In this document: positions 1 to 15,639 of the stretch, piece after piece | Position numbering within the stretch: position 1 is the stretch's first letter | Layout of the letters: each line of letters begins with the position of its first letter | Assembly: GCA_963771175.1 (NCBI GenBank) | Contig: CAVYSY010000032.1 | Location: 544,001-608,000, forward strand | Length of the DNA: 64,000 nucleotides | Source of the DNA: an uncultured delta proteobacterium | GTDB taxonomy: Bacteria; Myxococcota; Myxococcia; Myxococcales; Myxococcaceae | Direction of reading: 5' to 3' | Program-made: the position numbers and the translations under genes | The notes under the pieces: generated by a model | Database searches by the model: none | What the model was told of the DNA's origin: nothing | What the model saw: the letters and a program-made list of their open reading frames with translations, nothing else

Positions 1-692
1 GGGCCACGCATGACCGGCCGGGCCTCTTCGAGGCGGCGCACGGAGGCACGCTCTTCCTGGACGAGGTGGGCGAGGTGCCCGCGTCGATGCAGGCCAAGCT
101 GCTGCGCGTGCTGCAGGAGAAGGAGGTGCGGCGCGTGGGGGAGAACCAGAGCCGCAAGGTGGACGTGCGGGTGGTGGCGGCCACCAACCGCAACCTCGCG
201 GCCGAGGTGGTGGCGGGCCGCTTCCGGCAGGACCTCTACTACCGCCTGCGGGTGATCGAATTGCGGGTGCCACCGCTGCGCGAGCGGCGCGACGACATCC
301 TCCCGCTGGCGCGGCTACTGCTGGCGGAGGCGACGGAGCGGCTGGGGCGCCGGGTGTCGGGGCTGTCACCGGACGCAGCGGACCAACTGCTGCGCTATTC
401 GTGGCCGGGCAACGTGCGCGAGCTGGGCAATGCCATCGAGCGCGCGGTGGCGCTGTGCGAGGGCTCGCGGGTGGAGCGGGACGACCTGCCGGAGGAGGTG
501 CGCGCGGCCCCCCCGAGCCTGCTGCCGGGGGACTCGCCGCGCACGCTGGAGGCGATGGAGCGCGAGTACATCCTCGCGGTGCTGGCGCGCAACGGAGGCA
601 ACCGGGCGCGCACCGCGGAGCAGCTCGCCATCGGCGTCGCCACGCTCTACCGCAAGCTGAAGCAGTACGGAGAGGCGGAGCACCCCAACTGA
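1..692 (+). CDS. Sigma-54-dependent transcriptional regulator (NtrC/Fis family), 5'-truncated by window edge
   Basis: Frame open from window start: [46 protein letters not shown]-terminal Fis HTH ([13 protein letters not shown]). Confidence 0.95.
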   Translation, partial: ATHDRPGLFEAAHGGTLFLDEVGEVPASMQAKLLRVLQEKEVRRVGENQSRKVDVRVVAATNRNLAAEVVAGRFRQDLYYRLRVIELRVPPLRERRDDILPLARLLLAEATERLGRRVSGLSPDAADQLLRYSWPGNVRELGNAIERAVALCEGSRVERDDLPEEVRAAPPSLLPGDSPRTLEAMEREYILAVLARNGGNRARTAEQLAIGVATLYRKLKQYGEAEHPN

Positions 693-696
693 GCGG

Positions 697-1413
697 CTAG
701 TTGAGGTACTTGTCCGACGGCCGCTCCTCGGAGATGACGCGCAGGTGGCGCGAGCGACCGCGCAACTGCCGCTGCAGCCGCGCGTGCTGGAAGCGCAGCC
801 ACAGCTTCCGGGGGCTGCCGCCTCGCATGTAGATGAAGGCGATGCCCAGCGCGAAGAACTCGGGCACCTGGGTGCTCCAATGGCTCGTGAGCGCGTTGAG
901 CACCACGAAGCCGGCGCCGATGCCCGCCAGCACGTTCCCGGTGACGGGGATGCCCCAGAAGTTCGCCTGCCCGCGCCCGATGGACAGGCCGTAGGCTACC
1001 CAGGCGATGGTGCCCATCACGAACCCACCGGGATAGCCGGCGGGCAGCGGCACCACCAGGGACAGGAGCGCGGTGAGGAACCCGGCGAGCACCGTGCCGC
1101 CCCAGAGCACCCACAGCAGGCGGCGCGAGCCCCAGCTCATCTCCAGGCCCCCGCCGATGGAGTAGAGGATCATCGCGCCGAAGATGATGCCCAGCGGGCT
1201 GCGCTCGATGAAGGCGTAGGTGAAGGGCTGCCACAGCCACAGCCGGGAGAAGACACCGCCTGGCGACAGCAGCAGCAGGTCCCCGAAACCGCGCGCCAAC
1301 AGGGATACCACCGAGCCCACCACCAGCCCGATCGCCAGCCTGGCCGCCATGGATTCCACGCCGGCGAAGCCGAATCCTCCGCCGCCGCCGCCAAAGCTCC
1401 GCATCGGTCTCAT
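697..1413 (-). CDS. Rhomboid-like / DUF1751 membrane protein
   Basis: LWLWQPFTYAF, multiple TM segments, LYSIGGGLEMSWG; catalytic GxSG not evident; start chosen at MRPMRS. Confidence 0.7.
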   Translation of the reverse strand: MRPMRSFGGGGGGFGFAGVESMAARLAIGLVVGSVVSLLARGFGDLLLLSPGGVFSRLWLWQPFTYAFIERSPLGIIFGAMILYSIGGGLEMSWGSRRLLWVLWGGTVLAGFLTALLSLVVPLPAGYPGGFVMGTIAWVAYGLSIGRGQANFWGIPVTGNVLAGIGAGFVVLNALTSHWSTQVPEFFALGIAFIYMRGGSPRKLWLRFQHARLQRQLRGRSRHLRVISEERPSDKYLN

Positions 1414-1579
1414 CAAATCGTCCTCCACTCGGGACACCCGAGAGTCGACCAAAGGTGGGGGAACCCGGCCCGCTTCGCAACCGATTCGTCCACTTCCGGG
1501 TGCCCCAAACGGAGAAGGGCGCCCATCCCCGTCATCGGGGAGAGCGCCCAGCGAGCGACGTCACGGTGAGACGTCCAGC

Positions 1580-1777
1580 TCAGGACTTGTGACGGTAGAA
1601 CAGGGTGATGGTCAGGCAGTGGAACTCCTTGTCGGAGGACTGCGTGACAATCTTGTCCACCACGTCGACGTTCTGGTTCTCCTTGAGCCACTTGGTGATG
1701 TTCTCACCCATGTTCTCGCGGTCACGCGCGAGCGTGGTGGAGAACACCTTGACTCCCGTGAAGCTGATGACGGCCAT
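1580..1777 (-). CDS. Small hypothetical protein (Cse60/DUF2758-like pattern)
   Basis: 65 aa, normal GC3 codon bias, VKVFS...ITKWL...VVD...HCLTITLFY. Confidence 0.7.
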   Translation of the reverse strand: MAVISFTGVKVFSTTLARDRENMGENITKWLKENQNVDVVDKIVTQSSDKEFHCLTITLFYRHKS

Positions 1778-1949
1778 TCCGACCTCGTGTAGACCAGAGA
1801 TTCCGCACGTTTACCGCGAGTCTTGACCGTCATCAAGGAAACGGCCCCAAATTCCGGCCCTTCCCGTGCTCCGCGGGCGAGCTCCCACCCTACCCCGCAG
1901 GGCGGGCGGGCAGCCGGAGACGTAGCCCCGGCCGCCCCCCGGATGGACC

Positions 1950-2171
1950 TCAGCGAGCGATCGCGGCGCGGCGGGCCTGACAGGTGACCTCGTCCTTGCA
2001 CGAGGGCCCGATGCCTTCCGGGTGGGGCCCCAGCGGCGTCTTGTCACTCTCCTCCACGCTGCACAGCACACACTTGCGCTTGCGGTTGCGGCGCTCGGCG
2101 CGCCGCTGCTCGGCGATCGCCTTGGCCCGCTCCCGGGCCGCCTTCGCATCCAGCTCGTTGCTCATCGTCAT
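1950..2171 (-). CDS. Small hypothetical protein, basic helix plus Cys motifs (possible Zn binder)
   Basis: KCVLC...HP.GIGPSC....C; directly downstream of thiolase on the same strand. Confidence 0.65.
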   Translation of the reverse strand: MTMSNELDAKAARERAKAIAEQRRAERRNRKRKCVLCSVEESDKTPLGPHPEGIGPSCKDEVTCQARRAAIAR

Positions 2172-2201
2172 CTTCCGTTGGATTCGTCCAAACCGTCAGG
2201 G

Positions 2202-3398
2202 TCAGAGCGCCTCGATCAGCAGCGCGATGCCCTGGCCACCGCCGATGCAGGCCGAGCCGATGCCGTAGCGGGCGCTCCGACGCTTGAGCTCGTAGGCGAG
2301 CGTCATGGTGATGCGCGCGCCCGAGGCCCCCAGCGGGTGGCCCACCGCGAGGGCGCCGCCATTCACGTTCGTCCGGTCGCGCGGCAGCCCCAGCTCCTTC
2401 TCCACCGCGAGGTACTGCGGGGCGAAGGCCTCGTTCACCTCGAAGAGGTCCACGTCCCCCAGCTTGCACTGGGCGCGCTCGAGCAGCTGGCGGATGGCCG
2501 GCGCCGGGCCGATGCCCATCACCTTCGGATCGCACCCGGAGATGCCCCAGTTGACCAGCCGGGCGATGGGCGTGAGGCCGTGCTTCTGCGCATAGCTGCG
2601 CGTGACCATCACCATGGAGCCCGCGCCGTCGCAGATGCCGCTGGCCGCGCCCGCGTGCACCACGCCGTCCTTCTTGAAGACCTTGGGCAGCTTCTTCAGG
2701 CCCTCCACCGTGGTGTCCGGCCGGTTGTGCTCGTCCCGGGCGAACTGCGTCTCGCCCTTCTTCGTCTTCAGGGTGACGGGGGACAGCTCCTGCTCGAAGC
2801 GGCCCGCCTCCTGGGCGGCGGCGAAGCGCTTCTGGGAGAGCACGGCGTACTCGTCCACCGCGTCCTGCGAGAGGGAGTAGTCCACCGCGAGCTGCTCGGC
2901 GGTGAGCGCCATGGGGTTACCGGTGTAGCTGTCGGTGAGGGCGCTCCAGAGCATGTCCTCCATGCCGCCCTTGCCCAGCGGAATGCCGAAGCGGGCGCCG
3001 CGGATGACGTGGGGCGCCTGGCTCATGGACTCGGTGCCGCCGGCCAGCACGCAGTCGGCCTGCTCGGTGAGCATCATCTCCGCGGCGTTGACGAAGGCCT
3101 GGAAGCCCGAGCCGCACAGCCGGTTGACGCCCAGCGCCGGCACCGGAATGGGCACGCCGGAGCGCAGGCCCACGTGCCGCGGCAGGTAGATGGCGTCCGC
3201 GCTCGTCTGCACCACGTTGCCGTAGATGACGTGCTGGATGGACTCGGGGGACACCTTCGCCTGGGCGAGTGCCGCACGCGCCGACTCCACCGCCAGGTCC
3301 GTGGCGCTCAGGTCCTTCAGCGCGCCGCCGTACGTCCCGAACGGGGTACGCTTGCCGGACACAAAGTAGATTTCCTCGGTCTTGGACACGCTCTTCAT
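2202..3398 (-). CDS. Acetyl-CoA C-acyltransferase (thiolase)
   Basis: VNRLCGSG, NEAFA, GHPLGASG, CIGGGQG motifs. Confidence 0.97.
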   Translation of the reverse strand: MKSVSKTEEIYFVSGKRTPFGTYGGALKDLSATDLAVESARAALAQAKVSPESIQHVIYGNVVQTSADAIYLPRHVGLRSGVPIPVPALGVNRLCGSGFQAFVNAAEMMLTEQADCVLAGGTESMSQAPHVIRGARFGIPLGKGGMEDMLWSALTDSYTGNPMALTAEQLAVDYSLSQDAVDEYAVLSQKRFAAAQEAGRFEQELSPVTLKTKKGETQFARDEHNRPDTTVEGLKKLPKVFKKDGVVHAGAASGICDGAGSMVMVTRSYAQKHGLTPIARLVNWGISGCDPKVMGIGPAPAIRQLLERAQCKLGDVDLFEVNEAFAPQYLAVEKELGLPRDRTNVNGGALAVGHPLGASGARITMTLAYELKRRSARYGIGSACIGGGQGIALLIEAL

Positions 3399-3475
3399 CG
3401 TGGGGGGCTCCAGACAGGCTGAAAAGATTCGTTCTTCCTACTCTTGGCAGGCGCGCGGTGCACGCTCAAGGTGCA

Positions 3476-4126
3476 TCACGTCGAGTGCCCGCCTCTCAGG
3501 AAGAGGCTGGCGACGATGGCAAGGGCGACGACCGTCCACAACAATCCTTGGAGGTTCTGTCGTCGAATCTCCCTTTGGCCGGGTCCCCGGTACCATGCCT
3601 GCCCGGCTCGCAGCCGGGCGTCCGAGGAGAAATCCTCCGTGGGAACAAGCCCTTGGAGTCGCTCCTGGTGGGCCCGCAGCAGGCGCTCGGGAGAGGCCTC
3701 CGCGAGGCCTCCAGAGCGATAACGACCGGGGACCTCGAATCCCGGCCGCGGGTAGCCGAAGGTGAGCACGCACCCTTCCGGGGCGAGCGGGGTGAGCAGG
3801 TAGAGGCGGGGCTTGCCGTCCGACGTGAAATGAAGGGTGGCGAAGGCGCGCTCGGAGGGGTGTGAAAAATCGTAGGCACGGGTGCCACGCCGGAAGCGGG
3901 GCTTCTCCTCATGGACGCCGAGCGGGACAAAGCCGAGCGCCCGGAGCTGGCCGGCCAGTGGAGCGAGCTCGAGTGGCAGGTCCATCCGGTCCGCGGGAGC
4001 CACGGGCCGGACGCGGACGCTGTCGGGGAAGAGGAAGAGGACAGCGCGCCAGAAATTGAGGAACAGCAGCATCCCGGCCATCCCCAGTATGGCGAGCGCG
4101 ATGAGGAGCTGGACGATGGCGTTCAT
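3476..4126 (-). CDS. Hypothetical membrane protein
   Basis: Start MNAIVQLLIALAILG; N- and C-terminal TM helices. Confidence 0.65.
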   Translation of the reverse strand: MNAIVQLLIALAILGMAGMLLFLNFWRAVLFLFPDSVRVRPVAPADRMDLPLELAPLAGQLRALGFVPLGVHEEKPRFRRGTRAYDFSHPSERAFATLHFTSDGKPRLYLLTPLAPEGCVLTFGYPRPGFEVPGRYRSGGLAEASPERLLRAHQERLQGLVPTEDFSSDARLRAGQAWYRGPGQREIRRQNLQGLLWTVVALAIVASLFLRGGHST

Positions 4127-4280
4127 GGCGGGGCTCCCAGGGACAAGGGGCGCGCACCCTACCTCGCGTGCAACCCGGGAGGAACCCGGCCGCACGCCTG
4201 CTGAGCGAACCTGCGGGAATACCCTATCGGCCGGCATGCACATCGTCATTCCCAGCGGGGCACCCCTGCACCGCGGGAGG

Positions 4281-4970
4281 ATGGCGATGCGCGCGAGGCG
4301 ACTCTCGAGACTGGCCGGTGTGCTGACCCTGTTGGCGCTGGCGGCCTGCGGCTCATCGAAGCAGCAGGAGGACATGTCCCCGGACTACCGCGCGCTCAAG
4401 GACGCCACGGTGACGCTCTTCCCCGGGCACTGCGCGGGCGTGGTCGTCGCCGACGGGCGCCACGCACTCACCGCCGCGCACTGCATCGACATCGCCCCCG
4501 GAGAGCGCCAACCGGTGGTGCTGCGCACCGGGCAGATGTTGAGCGGCGTCGTGAAGCTCGTGGACACCGCGCGGGACGTCGCCGTCATCCGCTTCGACGA
4601 GGCGGCTCCGGTACACCCACTGACCGTGGCCACCACCCTGCCGATCCCCGGCTCGGGGCTCCTCTTCGCCGGCCGCAACGACCGTCCGAACGAGCCGCAG
4701 GAGGTGGAATTGGAGCGGCTCGGGCGCTGCCCCTCCCTACCGGGCGTGCCCCAGGCGCTCTTCACCAGCCTGCACGGCGAGAAGGGTGACTCCGGCGCGC
4801 CGGTGGTGGACCACAAGCTCCAGGTGGTGGGGCTGGTGCATGGCGGCGCGGCGTGCAGCGTCGCGGCCCCCACGGCGGGGATCGCGCCCGTACTGGACAC
4901 GCTCGTCGCGGAGGTGGCCCGGCCCGGTGCCGAGCAGGGCGTCGGCGGCAGCGGAGCCGCTGGCAAGTAA
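4281..4970 (+). CDS. Trypsin-like (S1) serine protease lipoprotein
   Basis: Lipobox LALAAC, LTAAHC, DVAVI, GDSGAP catalytic triad motifs. Confidence 0.9.
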   Translation: MAMRARRLSRLAGVLTLLALAACGSSKQQEDMSPDYRALKDATVTLFPGHCAGVVVADGRHALTAAHCIDIAPGERQPVVLRTGQMLSGVVKLVDTARDVAVIRFDEAAPVHPLTVATTLPIPGSGLLFAGRNDRPNEPQEVELERLGRCPSLPGVPQALFTSLHGEKGDSGAPVVDHKLQVVGLVHGGAACSVAAPTAGIAPVLDTLVAEVARPGAEQGVGGSGAAGK

Positions 4971-5069
4971 TCCGCTGAAGGAAAAGACGGGCGACCCCCC
5001 TTCCCTATCCAGGCAAAGCGCGCGAAACTGAACAGGTCCGCGGTCAGGTGTACGGACCTGCGGACCTTC

Positions 5070-5471
5070 GTGGAAGTGGAGAGCCCCGTGAAGCCCAGAG
5101 TCCTGATCGTGGATGACTCGTGGTCCATGCGCCAGACGCTGCGGCTGCTACTCTCCCCGGACTTCGAGTGCACCCTCGCGGAGAATGGGCTGTCCGCGCT
5201 CGAGCAGGCCCGTCAGCAGCCGCCCGACATCATCGTGTCGGACGTGAACATGGACGGCATGGACGGGTACGAGCTGTGCCGCCAGGTCCGTGCCGAGCCC
5301 CCGCTCCAGAAGGTGCCCTTCCTCTTCATCAGCGGCCACGCCCCCCGCCCGGGAATCCCCGAGGCCGGCGACGCCTATCTCATCAAGCCGGTGCAGCCCA
5401 CCGTCCTCATCGCGCGGCTGCACGAGATGCTCCAGCCGCGGACGCTCGCCGCGGCCCAGGTCCAGGGCTAG
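5070..5471 (+). CDS. Single-domain response regulator
   Basis: VLIVDDS, IVSDVNMDGMDG, YLIKP receiver motifs. Confidence 0.92.
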   Translation: MEVESPVKPRVLIVDDSWSMRQTLRLLLSPDFECTLAENGLSALEQARQQPPDIIVSDVNMDGMDGYELCRQVRAEPPLQKVPFLFISGHAPRPGIPEAGDAYLIKPVQPTVLIARLHEMLQPRTLAAAQVQG

Positions 5472-5492
5472 CGCCCGCCGAGAGCTCTCACC

Positions 5493-6426
5493 TCAGGGGT
5501 TCCACCACACGGCGCCCTTGCCCTCCATGGCTCGCACCGCGCGCTGACGCACGTCGGCGAGCTGCTCGGACGTGAGCGGCCGGAAGGATGCGGCGGCGGC
5601 GAGCGCGGCGTCCTGCTCGTTGGGGAAGCTCATCCCCAGCAGCGCCACGTCCGGGTCCAGGTGAGCGTGTAGTGCACGCACTCCTCCACCCCGAGGTGCG
5701 GCAGCGTGGGCTCGCTCGTCTCGGCCCCGCCGGAGCTGACCTTGCCGCGCGGGCGCGTCTGGAGCGGCCGGCCGTAGCCCTCGGTGTCGCCGAGCAGCTT
5801 GCCGGCGCCGAAGGTCTTGAAGCACACCGTGCCCACGCCCTTCGCCGCGCCAGGGGCAGGATCTCCTCGACGTAGCGCGGGTGCACGAACGGCCCCACGG
5901 GGAACATCACCACGTCGCAGCGGCCGGACTCGAGCGCGGCGCGCAGCACGTCCGGGTGGTGGCTGGAGATGCCGCGGAAGCGCGCCTTGCCCTGGCGCAC
6001 ACACCGCTCCAGCTGCTCCATACCGCCGCCCGGCGCGGCGAGCCGCTCCCAGGCGTCCAGCTTCGAGAGGCCGTGGAAGACGAAGAGGTCCACCGCCTCC
6101 AGCCCCAGCCGGCGGAGGCTCTCCTCCACCTGGGGCGCCACCGGCTGGTCGAGGAGGTCGATCTTGTCGATGACGAACATCCCCTCGCGCCGGCCGTGCC
6201 GCAGGGCCTCGCCGACGATCTCCTCGCTGTAGCCCTCCTCGTAGCTGGGGGCGGTGTCGATGAGGTTGAGCCCCGCGTCCATGGCGCGGTGCAGCGTGGC
6301 CACGCACCGCTCCAGGGGCACCGAGCGGTCGGCCAGGTCGCCGATGCCCAGCACGGTGGCGGTGAAGCCCGTCCGGCCGAGCTGCCGGCGGGGCTGGAAG
6401 CGGGGAAACGGTCGTTCATCGGACAT
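5493..6426 (-). CDS. Aldo/keto reductase (two apparent frameshifts near 5845 and 5662)
   Basis: RQLGRTG, GLNLIDTAPSY, VDLFVFH, RFRGISSH; C-terminus continues in other frames. Confidence 0.85.
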
Positions 6427-6559
6427 GGGAGCCTCAGTCTGAATGATGGGAAGGATATGCACCGGTGTGGGTCTTACATACCCCCAAGGTTCAACCTTCA
6501 AGACGAAGGGCTATGCTCCGCCGCCCTTCTTCCCCACTTTTCTTCCCGAGGTGCTCCGC

Positions 6560-8197
<1,638 letters not shown>

Positions 8198-8303
8198 GGC
8201 TCGGGAGGATGTGCGCGGGGGAGGCGGACCGGCAGCGAGGTCCCCTCCCCCCCGCCCGCCGAAGCCTCCTCGACTGGGAGCGGGAGGCGCTATGCTCCGC
8301 GCC

Positions 8304-10566
<2,263 letters not shown>

Positions 10567-10731
10567 TGCAACAGTGTGACACCTGGATTCCTCGCGCAGT
10601 CCATCGTCTCCACGTGAAGGCGCATTCGAGGATCAGCGCACTCCACCACCGGCGGCATATTCCTATTGGACCCGACCGGGCGAGCAGGCTCGCCACGCGA
10701 CCACCTCGACAGGACTCCTCCGCCATAACGG

Positions 10732-10751
10732 ACATCCTGTTTGACGGATGT
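10732..10751. promoter_or_regulatory. 20-bp palindrome ACATCC-N8-GGATGT, candidate operator
   Basis: Inverted repeat ending 1 bp before the TTGACA -35 of the met operon. Confidence 0.5.
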
Positions 10752-10752
10752 A

Positions 10753-10781
10753 TTGACAAGATGGCGGACGAGGTCCATCTT
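10753..10781 (+). promoter_or_regulatory. Sigma70-type promoter for met operon
   Basis: TTGACA (10753-10758), 17-bp spacer, CATCTT (10776-10781). Confidence 0.65.
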
Positions 10782-10791
10782 GCTGCTCGCA

Positions 10792-12274
<1,483 letters not shown>

Positions 12275-12372
12275 GCCCTGCCCGAGTCCCCTCCCCTGTC
12301 CCTCCGCACGAGGGACGGGGGCGGGTTCACGTGCGCCCCACTCCCCTCTCCCTCCTGAACAGGAATCCGTTC

Positions 12373-14787
12373 ATGTCCCCATCGCCCTGTGTCTTCGATC
12401 TCCCGCTTCCCGACCTGCCGCTCGAAGCAGGCGCTCGGGTCATGTCCCACGTGACTCGTGGCTGGTGGTGGGGACCGGAGCAGGACCTGCCGTGGCTCCG
12501 ATCCCGCGCCCACGTGCTCCCGGAGGAGATGGTGCGCGAGAACGCCCTGCGGGTCGTCCGCCGCACGAAGGAGGAGCTCCGCCGCCTCACCGAGACTCCA
12601 CGCCGGGAGGGCCCCACTCGCCCCGACGCGTCGGTGCCCACGGTGCTGCTGGTCCACGCGCTCACGGGCGACATGCGCGCGGGTGGCGCGGGCGGCTGGT
12701 GGGAGCCGGTCATCGGCCCTGGCCGGGCGCTGGACCCGGAGCGGGTGCGCCTTCTGTGCTTCAACAACCTGGGCTCCTGTTACGGAAGCTCGGGCCCCGC
12801 GGACGAGGGCTTCCCGCGACGCGTGGACGACAGCCGCTTCGGACCGCCCGCGCCCCTGCCCAAGGGAGACCTGAGACTCAATGAGCACCACCTGCCCGCC
12901 ACCCTCACGCCGTGGGACCAGGCGCGCGGCATCCTCCAGGCGCTGGACGCACTGGGCATCGAGCGGGTGGCCCTCGTCACGGGCGGCTCGCTGGGAGGAA
13001 TGATCGTCCTGTGCCTCGCGGCGCTGGCACCGGAGCGCTTCGAGCGGATCGCCCCCATCGCAGCCTCCGAGGCGGCGAGCCCGTGGGTCGTCGGATGGAA
13101 CCACGTGGCACGGCAGGCGCTGCTGCTGGACCCGGAGTTCCCGGAGGCGCCCGCGCGCGGCCTGGAGTTGGCGCGACAGCTCGCGATGCTCACCTACCGA
13201 GCCGAGCCCGGCCTGGAGTCGCGCCAGGGCCGGCACCGGCCTCGACCGGGGGACACCGCCGCGCCCGGCTGGTCGTCTCGCGCGCTCTACCCCATCCAGA
13301 GCTACCTGGAGCACCAGGGCGCGAAGCTGCGGGCGCGCTTCGATGCACAGTCGTACCTCGCGCTGCTGGGAGCCATGGACCACCATGACCTCTCGCGCCC
13401 GCCCGACGGAGACACGGGAGAGACGTGGGGCCCCGCGCGCATCCAGGCGAGCGCCCTGTGCGTGGGCATCGACCGCGACCAGCTTTTCTACCCCGAGCAC
13501 ATGAAGCACCTTGCCGAGCGCCTGCGCGCCCTGGGTCGCCACGCGGAGTACGCGGAACTCTCCAGCGCGCACGGCCACGACGGCTTCCTCATCGAGTGGG
13601 GGCCGCTCGATGCACTGCTCCGGAGAGCGCTCGCCCTGCCCCCGGGCGGAGGCGCGAAGGAGCCTCGCCCCCGGAGCGAGAGCACACGCACGGTGGTGAA
13701 CCTGCTCCTGCTGGGACGGGGCACCGTCGGTGGCCACCTGCTGGAGCAGCTCCGCGCGCAGCAGCCCGTGCTGGCGCGGGAGCACGGCGTGGAGCTCCGG
13801 GTGGCCGGCATCATCGACACCCGGCACCTGCTCTTCGACGAGCGGGGAGTCCCGTTGAGCCAGTGGCGGGAGCGGCTCGAACTCACGCGCCGGAGCGACT
13901 CGGGGGCCACGGAGGTGCTGGATGCGCTCGAACGACTGCGCGAGTTGCCGGTGCCGGTACTCGTGGACTGCACGGCGGCCGATGGAATGGAGCTCCTCTA
14001 CGCGGAGGCCTTCCGGCGAGGCATCCACGTCGTCGGGGCCAACAAGAAACCGCTGACACTCCCGTGGGAGTCACGGGAGCAGCTCTTCGCCACGGCCCGG
14101 GCGCACCACCGGACCTGGCATTACGAGACCACGGTCGGCGCGAGCCTCCCCGTCATTCGCACGCTCGCGGACCTGGTGCGCACGGGCGACCGGGTGCGAC
14201 TCATCGAGGGCGCCCTGTCCGGCACGCTGGGTTTCCTCAGCGATCAAGTCACGCAGGGCACGCCGCTGTCCCGGGCCGTCCGGCTCGCACGCGAGCGCGG
14301 CTACACCGAGCCACACCCGCGCGATGACCTGACGGGGCTCGATGTCGCGCGCAAGGCGCTCATCCTCGCGCGGGAGCTGGGGCTCGCGGTGTCCCAGGAG
14401 GACGTCCAGGTGGAGCCCTTCGTGCCGAAGCACCTGCTCGCGGAGGAGGACGTGGAGCGCTTCCTGGGCTCACTGGAGGGATGGGACCGGACCTTCGCGT
14501 CACGGATGGAGGGCCTGCGCGCCGAGGGCCGGGTGCTGCGCTACCTCGCCCGGATCGAGCCACCCGCGAAGGAGGGCCGGCGCCCGGTGCTGAAGGTCGG
14601 CCCCGTGGCGGTGCCCCCGGAGCACCCGGCGGCGCGCCTGCGCGGCTCGGAGGCCTTCGTGGCCTTCACCACCGAGCGATACTCGGACTTCCCGCTGCTC
14701 GTGCAGGGCGCGGGAGCGGGAGGCGCCGTGACGGCGGCGGGCGTGCTCGCGGATATCCTGGAAGTAGCATCGGAAGGCTTGACCTGA
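12373..14787 (+). CDS. metX: Fused homoserine O-acyltransferase (MetX) / homoserine dehydrogenase
   Basis: HALTGD, GGSLGG, HGHDGFL followed in frame by LLGRGTVG, VDCTA, ANKK, YETTVGASLP, GYTEPHPRDDL, GAGAGGAVTA. Confidence 0.88.
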   Translation: MSPSPCVFDLPLPDLPLEAGARVMSHVTRGWWWGPEQDLPWLRSRAHVLPEEMVRENALRVVRRTKEELRRLTETPRREGPTRPDASVPTVLLVHALTGDMRAGGAGGWWEPVIGPGRALDPERVRLLCFNNLGSCYGSSGPADEGFPRRVDDSRFGPPAPLPKGDLRLNEHHLPATLTPWDQARGILQALDALGIERVALVTGGSLGGMIVLCLAALAPERFERIAPIAASEAASPWVVGWNHVARQALLLDPEFPEAPARGLELARQLAMLTYRAEPGLESRQGRHRPRPGDTAAPGWSSRALYPIQSYLEHQGAKLRARFDAQSYLALLGAMDHHDLSRPPDGDTGETWGPARIQASALCVGIDRDQLFYPEHMKHLAERLRALGRHAEYAELSSAHGHDGFLIEWGPLDALLRRALALPPGGGAKEPRPRSESTRTVVNLLLLGRGTVGGHLLEQLRAQQPVLAREHGVELRVAGIIDTRHLLFDERGVPLSQWRERLELTRRSDSGATEVLDALERLRELPVPVLVDCTAADGMELLYAEAFRRGIHVVGANKKPLTLPWESREQLFATARAHHRTWHYETTVGASLPVIRTLADLVRTGDRVRLIEGALSGTLGFLSDQVTQGTPLSRAVRLARERGYTEPHPRDDLTGLDVARKALILARELGLAVSQEDVQVEPFVPKHLLAEEDVERFLGSLEGWDRTFASRMEGLRAEGRVLRYLARIEPPAKEGRRPVLKVGPVAVPPEHPAARLRGSEAFVAFTTERYSDFPLLVQGAGAGGAVTAAGVLADILEVASEGLT

Positions 14788-14814
14788 AAGGTCACCCGCC
14801 GCACATTCAGGAGC

Positions 14815-15608
14815 ATGGGACGACACACGACAAAGGGTGGGGACGCCTTCCCCCGGGCGCCCACGCAGGAGGAGTGGGAGGCGATGGGACCGGAGGAGCG
14901 GGCTCGGGTGGTGGAATCCCTGCCCGGAGAGGTGACGTGGGACGAGATGGCCATGCCGGAGGGCGACAGGCACTTCCGGGCCAAGGTGCGCACGATGGAC
15001 GCGCTCAAGGGATACTTCGCCCACCAGCGGCGCAAGGTGTACCTGGGCGCGGAGCTACCGGTGTACTACCCGGGAGAGCGGCGCTTCGCGCCGGATCTGC
15101 TCGCCGTCCTGGACGTGGAGACACACGAGCGGGAGAAGTGGATCGTCAGCCACGAGGGCAAGGGGCTGGACTGGGTGATGGAGGTACACGTGGGCGGCGA
15201 CCGGAAGAAGGACGCCGAGTACAACGTGGAGCGCTATGCCCGGTTGGGCATTCCCGAGTACTTCATCTACGACCGCTCGAGGCAGAGGCTGGAGGGATAC
15301 CGGCTGCCGGAGCCCGGGGCGAGGCAGTACGAGCGGATGGAGGCGAGGCAGGGCCGGTACACCTCGGAGGTGCTGGGGCTGGAGCTGGAACTGACGGGGG
15401 ATGAGCTGAGGTTGTGGTCCGGCAACGCGCTGCTGCTGGAATCCGGGGAGCTGCTGGAGCGGCTGAAGGAGAAGTTGCAGGAAGCGCAGCAGCGAGCGGA
15501 GGAGGAGACGCGGCGGCGCGAGGAAGAGCGCGACGCCGCGAGGAAGCGGAGCGCCGTCTGGCGGAGCTGCGGGCCGAGTTGGAACGCCTTCAGCACGGCG
15601 AGGAGTGA
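14815..15608 (+). CDS. Uma2 (DUF820) family endonuclease-like protein with coiled-coil tail (frameshift near 15545)
   Basis: FAPDL, WVMEV, YARLGIPEYFIYD, SEVLGLEL; tail AERRLAELRAELERL in another frame. Confidence 0.88.
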
Positions 15609-15639
15609 GGACTCCCCTTCTGGCGGCCTGGCCGCGCCC

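Noticed and set aside
14815..15608. Uma2 gene as a defence or mobile element
   Set aside because: Uma2 paralogues are commonly scattered in myxobacteria; no methylase, flanking repeats or transposase were seen.
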